A DNA stretch of 32,000 nt from positions 2,280,001 through 2,312,000 of the forward strand of contig CP178758.1 of NCBI GenBank assembly GCA_047651235.1, given 5' to 3'. Both the position numbers and the translations under genes were made by a program. Source of the DNA: Candidatus Electrothrix yaqonensis (lineage in GTDB: Bacteria > Desulfobacterota > Desulfobulbia > Desulfobulbales > Desulfobulbaceae). Position 1 is the stretch's first letter, and every line of letters starts with the position of its first letter. The notes under the pieces were generated by a model. The model saw only the letters and a program-made list of their open reading frames with translations. It searched no databases and was not told the origin of the DNA. Positions 9,671 to 16,973 of this stretch are shown one piece after another.

Positions 9671-11266
9671 CTACCGCAGCCTTCTCCCGGCCAGCCAGAT
9701 CAGCACCAGCACCGGAACGCCCATCAGGGTGGTGGCAAGGAAGAACCATTCATATCCCCAGGCTGAGACCATGCTTCCGGAATAGCCGCCGATCAGCTTG
9801 GGCAGCAGAGTCATGATGGAGCTGAAAATGGCGTACTGCACCGCTGTAAAGGAAATACTGGTCAGGCTGGCAAGAAAGGCGACAAAGGCTGTGGTGGCGA
9901 TGCCTGCGCTCAGGTTGTCCGCCGCAATGACGACAGAGAGCAGAGGCACGTTATTCCCAACCGTGGAGAGCAGCATGAAGAGCAGATTGGTGAGGCTGGA
10001 AAGCAGGGCACCGAGGAAGAGGATGCGCATCACGCCGTAGCGCACAGTCAGGGTGCCGCCGAGAAAGCCGCCCAGCAGGGTCATGAACAGACCGAAGGTC
10101 TTGATCACGCTGGCAATGACCTGTTTAGAAAAACCAATATCCTGATAAAAAACATTGGAGATCACTCCGAGCACGATATCCGATATGCGGTAGAAGCCCA
10201 CCAGGACCAGAAGGAGCAGGGCGGTACGCAGGCCGTAGCGGTTAAAGAAGTCAAGCACCGGGTTGATGTAGGTCTGGGTGACCATGCTGCCGTCCACCAG
10301 GTTCCAGCGCATCAGGAAGAAGGCCGTGAGTAGAGCGCAGAACAGGGCCACAATTAGGCGGATCGCTTCTGCCAGAAAGGAGACCAGCGGCCCTGGAGTC
10401 TCAGGGGCGGTTGAGGTCAGTCCTCGGGCCATGCCGTTGAACAGTTTTACTGTGTCGCCGGTTAGGAAGAAGACCGTGATAAAGACCCCGATTGTGCAGA
10501 CAAAGAGAAAGAGAAAGCGGAGGTAATACTCAGCCGGGTAGTCGTAATTTTTGCTCTCCGCTGCCGGTTCCGGGATCAGCAGGGTGGTTGCTACACCCAC
10601 AAGCATGACTGCCGCCATACAGAGATAGCTGTACTGCCAAGCCGCATAGCTGTACGTTTCTTTGCTTGTTCCGAACCAGGAGGCCAGATAGAGTGCACCG
10701 GCTCCGGCAACCAGCATTCCCAGCCGATAACCGGCAATATAGGTTGAAGACAAAAGAGCCTGCATCTCTTCCGGAGCGCATTCGATACGATAGGCATCAA
10801 TGACGATATCCTGGGTGGCTGAGGAGAAACCGAGCATCACTGCGGCCAAGGCCATGTAGATCAGGCTGCTGTGCCCGGCTGCCGGGTCGGTCAGGGCCAT
10901 GAAACAGATTGCGGTAATCACCGCGCCCTGAGCCAGCAGCAGCCAGCTCCGCCTTCTCCCGATCTTTTTGGTGAGCAAGGGCAGGGGCAGGGTATCCACC
11001 AGGGGTGCCCAGACAAATTTAAAGGAATACCCCAGCGCGGCCCAGCTAAAAAAGGTGACAGCGGATTTGCTCACCCCGGCTTCCCGCAGCCAGAGGGACA
11101 GGCTGGAGAAGATCAGCAGAATGGGCATCCCGGCGGAAAAACCGAAAAAGAGCATGGTGATCACTCTGGGGTGCGTCCAGGCCCGGAAGGTCTGCTGCCA
11201 GTCTTTGACCGGGACTGCATCCTGTGCTTCAGGTGTTTCAGCGTGTTCCTGCATTTGCTTCTCCAT
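9671..11266 (-). CDS. ampG: AmpG-family MFS transporter (muropeptide permease-like)
   Basis: 531 aa with many TM segments. The signature GYSFKFVWAPLVD matches the AmpG KF(L/V)W(S/A)PL(M/V)D motif. Confidence 0.8.
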   Translation of the reverse strand: MEKQMQEHAETPEAQDAVPVKDWQQTFRAWTHPRVITMLFFGFSAGMPILLIFSSLSLWLREAGVSKSAVTFFSWAALGYSFKFVWAPLVDTLPLPLLTKKIGRRRSWLLLAQGAVITAICFMALTDPAAGHSSLIYMALAAVMLGFSSATQDIVIDAYRIECAPEEMQALLSSTYIAGYRLGMLVAGAGALYLASWFGTSKETYSYAAWQYSYLCMAAVMLVGVATTLLIPEPAAESKNYDYPAEYYLRFLFLFVCTIGVFITVFFLTGDTVKLFNGMARGLTSTAPETPGPLVSFLAEAIRLIVALFCALLTAFFLMRWNLVDGSMVTQTYINPVLDFFNRYGLRTALLLLVLVGFYRISDIVLGVISNVFYQDIGFSKQVIASVIKTFGLFMTLLGGFLGGTLTVRYGVMRILFLGALLSSLTNLLFMLLSTVGNNVPLLSVVIAADNLSAGIATTAFVAFLASLTSISFTAVQYAIFSSIMTLLPKLIGGYSGSMVSAWGYEWFFLATTLMGVPVLVLIWLAGRRLR

Positions 11267-11292
11267 CGGTTGCGGTCAGGTTGCGTTGCGGA

Positions 11293-11838
11293 TTACGGGC
11301 CGGATTCCCTGCCGGGCCTCTTGAGTCTGTCGTACTGCGTAAGGGTGTATTCAGCCAGTATACTGTCCTGCCAGTAGGAATAGCGGGTAAAAAATCGACC
11401 GAACAGGGACAGACTTTCACTGCGCAGAACATCCGGCACCAGTTCCGCTTCCATTGCCTGATATAAAGGCGCAAGCTGCTCCAGAGGCAGGGAGGTGCCG
11501 CCGCCCATCACGTCCTCATAAGCCCAGACAAAGCGACGGACACCGGAAAGGAGCAGGGTACTGTAGCACATCAGACAGGGTTCCAAGGTACTGTAGACCG
11601 TGATCCGGCGGCAGTCAAGGGCGGGCTGCTCTGCCAGCAGGGCACGCAGGGTCACCATCTCAGCATGATCGATTTCATTGGAACAGGTGCCTTCGCTGTT
11701 CCGACGACGGTCGCGGGCAATAATCAGGTCGTCAAGCACCAACACGCAGCCCACCGGAAATTCTCCCGCCTCCAAAGCCAGCCGGGCCTCGGACAGGGCC
11801 TCCTGCATGAAATGTTCGTCCTGCTGTTGCTGCGTCAT
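11293..11838 (-). CDS. CMP/dCMP-type zinc deaminase (nucleoside/tRNA adenosine deaminase-like)
   Basis: 181 aa with the HAE (DHAEMV) and PCxxC (EPCLMC) zinc-binding motifs of the cytidine deaminase-like fold. Confidence 0.8.
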   Translation of the reverse strand: MTQQQQDEHFMQEALSEARLALEAGEFPVGCVLVLDDLIIARDRRRNSEGTCSNEIDHAEMVTLRALLAEQPALDCRRITVYSTLEPCLMCYSTLLLSGVRRFVWAYEDVMGGGTSLPLEQLAPLYQAMEAELVPDVLRSESLSLFGRFFTRYSYWQDSILAEYTLTQYDRLKRPGRESGP

Positions 11839-11840
11839 AC

Positions 11841-13088
11841 TCAGAGACTCCTGCCGAAATGCAGCACAGACTTGGCGATGACTGTGCCGTTCTGGGCCTG
11901 GACCCAGTCATGATGCCGGTCAAGAAAGGGCAGAAACACCAGCGAAGCAGCAATGCCTTCCGGCCGTACAGAGGGAAGATGGGGATAAATCTTCCGCTTG
12001 TTTGCGGCTGATCCGGCAAGCAGGAGCTTCAGCGATTGTTTTGCCTCGCTCAGCGGCAGGGTGACCGGATGCATGTTCGGAACGATCCGCATGGTTTCCT
12101 GCGGTCCGTCCAGGCGCCACTGGCTGACTGTAGCCTGTTTGCCGGTGCGGAGAAAAATCTTGGGCCGCAGCTTAAAGGCTGGAACCCAGAACTGCATGGC
12201 CCGGTTTTCCCATTCTTTGCGGGGCACCAGGGGCTGATTGGTGCGGCGGATAAAATCAGCAAAACTGCGGATCCCGACAGCAGGCAGGCTGGTGGCAATT
12301 CTCCAGAACGGCAGATACAGGGCCGTGTCTGCAGGGCCGGGAACCACTGTGCAGGCAGTCTGTTCAAGCCCGTTCCGGCCGATTTGCCAGGCCGTATTGC
12401 AGTTGCTGCAGGTCAGCACCAGACAGTCGCCTTTGCCGTCCAGACTCCAGCCGCAGCGGGGACAGAGGGTGGCAAGAAAATTCATCTGCCAGTTCGGCCT
12501 GAACGGGGTTGTCTTCAAGTGATGGCCATCAGACAGGTCAACGCCGGGCAGCGGCTCGCCCAGCACGGCATCAAACAGCCCGTCATCGCGCGGCAGCAGA
12601 GGCAGGTAAATATAACTCAGGGTCTCGCCGATATAGGCGCGGTGATACAGGGCCTCGTCTTCCTGCCGGAACATGCTCTGCAGACGGGACGCCTTTTCAA
12701 GAATGTGCTGCAGTTTCACGGAAAGGGTAAGAAAACGGCCCCGGGTTTTCCGATGCACCCGGACCAGCTTCATGGCCTGGGGCCGCAGTCCCAAGGACAG
12801 CGGCAGACCGGGCAGCGGGCAGCCGTCCTGGGTGGTGTCCAGCACTTTGGAAGAAATGCCGGAATCGCTCACCGTAAAAACATTTCCCTTAAACCGGAGA
12901 TACGGGGCATATATAATTTGGTCCCGCTCGTCCGGGACGACTTTGTCAGGCAGGGCGTAGCGGAAAGCCCCGGCGGCCTGCAGAAGATTTTTCACCCCGC
13001 AGTAGGGGCAGGTCAGCAGCCGGTCTGAGACCGACAGGGTCACAGAGCCGCCGCATTGGGGGCAGGGCTGTTGGACGTGGATGTTCAT
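11841..13088 (-). CDS. hypothetical protein with two zinc-ribbon motifs
   Basis: 415 aa. Contains CPQCGG...CPYCG near the N-terminus and CPRCG...CSNCN mid-protein. The start overlaps the rsmA stop by 4 nt. Confidence 0.7.
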   Translation of the reverse strand: MNIHVQQPCPQCGGSVTLSVSDRLLTCPYCGVKNLLQAAGAFRYALPDKVVPDERDQIIYAPYLRFKGNVFTVSDSGISSKVLDTTQDGCPLPGLPLSLGLRPQAMKLVRVHRKTRGRFLTLSVKLQHILEKASRLQSMFRQEDEALYHRAYIGETLSYIYLPLLPRDDGLFDAVLGEPLPGVDLSDGHHLKTTPFRPNWQMNFLATLCPRCGWSLDGKGDCLVLTCSNCNTAWQIGRNGLEQTACTVVPGPADTALYLPFWRIATSLPAVGIRSFADFIRRTNQPLVPRKEWENRAMQFWVPAFKLRPKIFLRTGKQATVSQWRLDGPQETMRIVPNMHPVTLPLSEAKQSLKLLLAGSAANKRKIYPHLPSVRPEGIAASLVFLPFLDRHHDWVQAQNGTVIAKSVLHFGRSL

Positions 13089-13948
13089 CCCTGCCTCCGC
13101 TGCTCAATCTCCCCGGCAAGACAGACAAACTCTTCCACTGTCAACTTTTCGGCCCGGATGCCGGGGGAAAGTCCGGTAGCTGCAATGCATTCTGCAAGTT
13201 TCTGTTTCGGGAGCAGCCCGCTGCTGGTCACCCCGTTGAGCAGGGTTTTTCGTCGTTGGCCGAAGGCGCTGTTGACGATCTTTTTCAGCAGTGTCCGGTC
13301 GAATGTCCCGAGGGCCTTTACTCGTTCCGGCACAGGATGAAAGGAGAGGCGCACCACCACAGAGTTCACTTTGGGGCGGGGATGGAATTCCTCCGGGCCG
13401 ACCCGCAGCAGCATGCTGACGTCGGCGCAGGTTGCCAGCATGACGGTGGGCACCCCGTATTCCTTGCTTCCCGGCTCAGCCAGCAGACGCAGGGCAACCT
13501 CTTTCTGCAGCATGATCACGGCAAAGTCAATCAGCTCAGGTTGGGCAATAAGCTGAAAGAGGAAAGGGGAGGAAATGGAATAGGGCAGGTTGGCCACAAT
13601 TTTCAGGCGGTTTCCACTGCACATTGCGCTCAATTCATTGAAATCTGCCTTCAGGACATCCTGATGCAGGAGGCGGACATTGGCGGGCAGATCCTGTTGC
13701 TCCTCATGCAGACGGATAATGCCGGAATCTGCTTCCAACCCGATAACCTGCCCTGCTGCCGCAGCTAGGGGCTTTGTCAGGGCACCGAGCCCAACCCCGA
13801 CTTCCAGCACGGTATCTTGGAGACTGATTCCGGCGAGATCCGCAATGCGTTCTGCCGTGTACTGATGGATCAGAAAATTCTGCCCGAGTTTTTTCGAGGC
13901 CGCCAGACCCTGCTGCCGAAGCACGGTTCTGCTGTTCTGATACGTCAT
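13085..13948 (-). CDS. rsmA: 16S rRNA (adenine1518/1519-N6)-dimethyltransferase RsmA/KsgA
   Basis: Homology begins at MTYQNSRTVLRQQGLAASKKLGQNFL. SAM motif VLEVGVGLGALT and the NLPY motif (IVANLPYSISS) are present. The longer track ORF (to 14218) overlaps the DUF2062 gene and is rejected. Confidence 0.9.
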   Translation of the reverse strand: MTYQNSRTVLRQQGLAASKKLGQNFLIHQYTAERIADLAGISLQDTVLEVGVGLGALTKPLAAAAGQVIGLEADSGIIRLHEEQQDLPANVRLLHQDVLKADFNELSAMCSGNRLKIVANLPYSISSPFLFQLIAQPELIDFAVIMLQKEVALRLLAEPGSKEYGVPTVMLATCADVSMLLRVGPEEFHPRPKVNSVVVRLSFHPVPERVKALGTFDRTLLKKIVNSAFGQRRKTLLNGVTSSGLLPKQKLAECIAATGLSPGIRAEKLTVEEFVCLAGEIEQRRQG

Positions 13949-14466
13949 TGCCTTACTTTTCTGTTGTTGAGTTTCTGTCGGTTCAGACGTCGGGCCCGCA
14001 GAGTGCGGAAAAAGTTCAGGACAAAAAAATAACTGATCAGCGCAACCGGAAGACCGATGAGGGCACCGCCGGTGAGCAGCACAGCTATGGTTTTCAGGCT
14101 GAGGTGACTGACCGTGGCGATCCCGTCGATCAGCCCCTCCTGCCGCACAGTCATAAGCACTTCTTTCAGATGCTCCCAGGAAACATTGCCGGGTAGCACG
14201 GCATTGCCCAGCTTCCAAGTAAGATAATACTGGGGCATGAAGGTCAGAGGATTGCTGATGATGGTCCCGGCAATTACGGCAGCAATGGTGCTGACCCGGA
14301 AGGTGATGCTGAGCGGGATAATCAGGATTGTCTGAATCGGTACCAGGGGGAGAATGCCCATGAATACACCAAAGGCAAACCCCTTGGCAAGATAGACCGG
14401 ATCTCCTTTCAGCCGGCGGATCCGCAGAAAATAATATCTGGGCAGGCGGAAAACACTTCGCAGCAT
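13945..14466 (-). CDS. DUF2062 domain membrane protein
   Basis: 173 aa. GDPVYLAKGFAFGVFMGILP plus 3-4 TM segments, typical of DUF2062. 4-nt overlap (ATGA) with rsmA. Confidence 0.75.
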   Translation of the reverse strand: MLRSVFRLPRYYFLRIRRLKGDPVYLAKGFAFGVFMGILPLVPIQTILIIPLSITFRVSTIAAVIAGTIISNPLTFMPQYYLTWKLGNAVLPGNVSWEHLKEVLMTVRQEGLIDGIATVSHLSLKTIAVLLTGGALIGLPVALISYFFVLNFFRTLRARRLNRQKLNNRKVRQ

Positions 14467-14469
14467 AAG

Positions 14470-15480
14470 TCAGTTGAGCGGAGAACGGGAAAAGGCATCG
14501 GCATCCGGACCGACCGTTGCTCCGGCAAGAAATTGAAAATAACCGGCCAGGCCGATCATGGCCGCGTTGTCGGTGCAGTACACCGGAGAAGGGATACAGC
14601 AGCGCAGCTTTGCTTCAGCGCAGCGGGCCGCCATCTGACGGCGCAGTCTACTGTTGGCGGCAACACCGCCGCCGAGCACCACCTGCCGGTGTCCGGCCTG
14701 TTCAGCGGCAAGTACGATTTTTTCCACCAGCACATCCACCACAGCCTGTTCAAAGGAAGCGCAGATATCCTCCACCGGCAAAGGCTGTTTTTTTTGCCGA
14801 CATTGATTGACATAATTCGCCACCGAGGTCTTCAGGCCGCTGAAACTGAAATCCGCACTGCCCTTGTCCAGCCAGGCGCGGGGAAACGTGATGGCCTCGC
14901 GATTTCCCTGCACAGCCAGCCTGCTGATCACCGGGCCCCCGGGATAGCCGAGTTCCAGCAGCTTGGCCACCTTGTCGAATGCCTCGCCTGCTGCGTCATC
15001 GCGGGTTCGTCCCAGGAGACGGAATGCCGTCGGCCCGGTCACGGAAAACAGCGAAGTGTTGCCGCCGGAGACCACCAGAGCCGTGTAGGGAAATTCCGGC
15101 CTGTTTTCTTGGTCCTCCAGCAGGATGGCCAGCAGATGTCCGGCCAGATGATCCACACCGGTACAGGGAATGCCCTGCACCAGAGCGAGGGCCTTGGCAA
15201 AGGTGAAGCCCACCAGCAGGGAACCGACCAGACCCGGCCCTTGGGTGGCGGCAACCAGCCCTATATCCTGCAGGGAAACCCCGGCTTCGTTCAGGGCCCG
15301 GTCCACCACCGGCCAGATCGCCTCGATATGGCAGCGCGAGGCCAGTTCCGGGACAATGCCGCCGTACTGCGCATGCACGGCAAACTGGCTGCTGACAACA
15401 TTGGCCAGCACCCGCCGGTCGTCTTCCAGAACAGCGGCTGCGGTGTCGTCGCAGGAACTTTCAATGGCAAGAATAAGCAT
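14470..15480 (-). CDS. tsaD: tRNA N6-adenosine threonylcarbamoyltransferase TsaD
   Basis: 336 aa. MLILAIESSCDDTAAAV, HLAGHL, GPGLVGSLLVG and VLGGGVAANSRLR are hallmark Kae1/TsaD motifs. Confidence 0.95.
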   Translation of the reverse strand: MLILAIESSCDDTAAAVLEDDRRVLANVVSSQFAVHAQYGGIVPELASRCHIEAIWPVVDRALNEAGVSLQDIGLVAATQGPGLVGSLLVGFTFAKALALVQGIPCTGVDHLAGHLLAILLEDQENRPEFPYTALVVSGGNTSLFSVTGPTAFRLLGRTRDDAAGEAFDKVAKLLELGYPGGPVISRLAVQGNREAITFPRAWLDKGSADFSFSGLKTSVANYVNQCRQKKQPLPVEDICASFEQAVVDVLVEKIVLAAEQAGHRQVVLGGGVAANSRLRRQMAARCAEAKLRCCIPSPVYCTDNAAMIGLAGYFQFLAGATVGPDADAFSRSPLN

Positions 15481-15618
15481 AATTCTGTGTGGCCGTCAGG
15501 AAAACCGCACTGCGGCCGGTAGTGATAGCCCTTTCCTGTTCAGAGCGTAAGGTGTACAGTGAGCAGAACATCAAGCTGGTTTATACGTCAAAATTTAAGA
15601 AGGTCAACAGGAAAACCC

Positions 15619-16686
15619 ATGCCTGCATCAAAAATTACCCCTTCTCATGAGGATTCCCCGACAAACAGTACTCTGACCGATCTGTTTTCCCGTACAGTGT
15701 CCTATCTGCGTCTCTCGCTGACTGACCGCTGCAATCTGCAGTGTATCTACTGCGTCCCGGACAGTGATCATGCTGAGCACCCCGGTTGCCGCGCCCGGCT
15801 TCGTCAGGACGAACTGCTCAGTTATGAGGAGCTGGTGCGGGTTGTCCGGGTGGCGGTTTCCATGGGTATCTCCAAGCTGCGGCTGACCGGCGGCGAACCG
15901 CTTGTCCGCAGGGATATTATGTATTTTATAGCGCAATTGGGTGAGTTTGACAACCTGAACGATATAAGAATAACAACTAATGGCGTTTTGCTGGACAAGT
16001 ATGCCGAGCCGCTAGCAGCTGCCGGGGTCAGAAAAATCAATATCAGTCTGGATACCCTGAAGCCGGAACGATTTCTCCGGATCACAGGGGCAGACTGTTT
16101 CGCCCAAGTCTGGCAGGGCATTGAAAAGGCCCGGTCAGCAGGTTTTTCGCCGATCAAGCTGAACATGGTGGTGATGCGGGGGATCAACGATGATGAGCTG
16201 GAGGCTTTTGCCGGACTGTCGCAAGACACTGAACTGCAGGTCCGTTTTATCGAGTTCATGCCCATCGGGGCGTCTTCCCGGTGGAAGAACAGCGCCTACA
16301 TGCCGTCAGATGAAATCATGGAGCGCATCCAGGGGCTGGGGGAGCTGATTCCGGTGGCCAAAGGCAAGGCCGACGGCCCGGCGACCATGTTCCGGGTCGG
16401 TCGGGAAGCCAAAGGCAAGGTCGGTTTTATCAGCCCAATCAGCCATCATTTCTGCGACCGCTGTAACCGCCTGCGCCTCACCTCGGAAGGGAAACTCCGT
16501 TCCTGCCTCCTGCATGACCGGGAAACCGACCTGCGTTCCGTGCTCCGCCGGGGCGGGACGGACGAGGATATCCGCCAAGCCCTGCTCATCGCTGTGCGCA
16601 ATAAACCCAAGGGGCATCAGATGGAAGAGCAGATCAGGACGCAGGGAGAGAACTGCCACGGAAGAATGTTCAGGATCGGGGGATGA
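15619..16686 (+). CDS. moaA: GTP 3',8-cyclase MoaA (radical SAM)
   Basis: Radical-SAM CNLQCIYC, LRLTGGEPL, and the C-terminal cluster CDRCNRLRLTSEGKLRSCL ending in GG. ATG 15619 is preferred over the GTG 15559 extension. Confidence 0.9.
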   Translation: MPASKITPSHEDSPTNSTLTDLFSRTVSYLRLSLTDRCNLQCIYCVPDSDHAEHPGCRARLRQDELLSYEELVRVVRVAVSMGISKLRLTGGEPLVRRDIMYFIAQLGEFDNLNDIRITTNGVLLDKYAEPLAAAGVRKINISLDTLKPERFLRITGADCFAQVWQGIEKARSAGFSPIKLNMVVMRGINDDELEAFAGLSQDTELQVRFIEFMPIGASSRWKNSAYMPSDEIMERIQGLGELIPVAKGKADGPATMFRVGREAKGKVGFISPISHHFCDRCNRLRLTSEGKLRSCLLHDRETDLRSVLRRGGTDEDIRQALLIAVRNKPKGHQMEEQIRTQGENCHGRMFRIGG

Positions 16687-16843
16687 GAAGGGAGAGTGAA
16701 ATCCCGCATGATTCTCGTTCAGGCGATTTAAAAAAATCTCCCGCCGAGACGAGATCTCTCCCCAAAAAGATGAAAACGAGACAACGTGTGGGAAATAAAA
16801 AAACAGGGAGCCAAGCTGTGCTGTCTAACCCCCTGAAATACTT

Positions 16844-16919
16844 GGTACGCCAAGCAGGATTCGAACCTGCGACCTACGGCTTAGAAGGCCGTTGCTCTAT
16901 CCAGCTGAGCTATTGGCGC
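16844..16919 (-). tRNA. tRNA-Arg (anticodon UCU), CCA encoded
   Basis: The reverse complement GCGCCAATAGCTCAGCTGGATAGAGCAACGGCCTTCTAAGCCGTAGGTCGCAGGTTCGAATCCTGCTTGGCGTACCA folds as a cloverleaf. It has a 7-bp acceptor stem, D stem GCTC/GAGC, anticodon stem ACGGC/GCCGT with loop CUUCUAA, and T stem GCAGG/CCTGC with TTCGAAT. Confidence 0.95.
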
Positions 16920-16973
16920 AAAGTGATTATGCCATTTTCAGTGGAGAGATTATACCGTGGTGCAACGAATAAA

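Noticed and set aside
13949-14218. N-terminal 90-codon extension of the rsmA ORF in the track (13085..14218)
   Set aside because: The extension is Arg/Cys/His-rich, non-homologous, and fully overlaps the DUF2062 gene. KsgA homology starts at the Met at 13948.
15559-15618. GTG-initiated 20-codon extension of moaA, and likewise 30361-30564 for smpB
   Set aside because: Homology to MoaA/SmpB begins at the internal ATGs (15619 and 30565). The upstream parts translate to low-complexity or non-conserved sequence, and in the smpB case cover a terminator and a promoter-like region.
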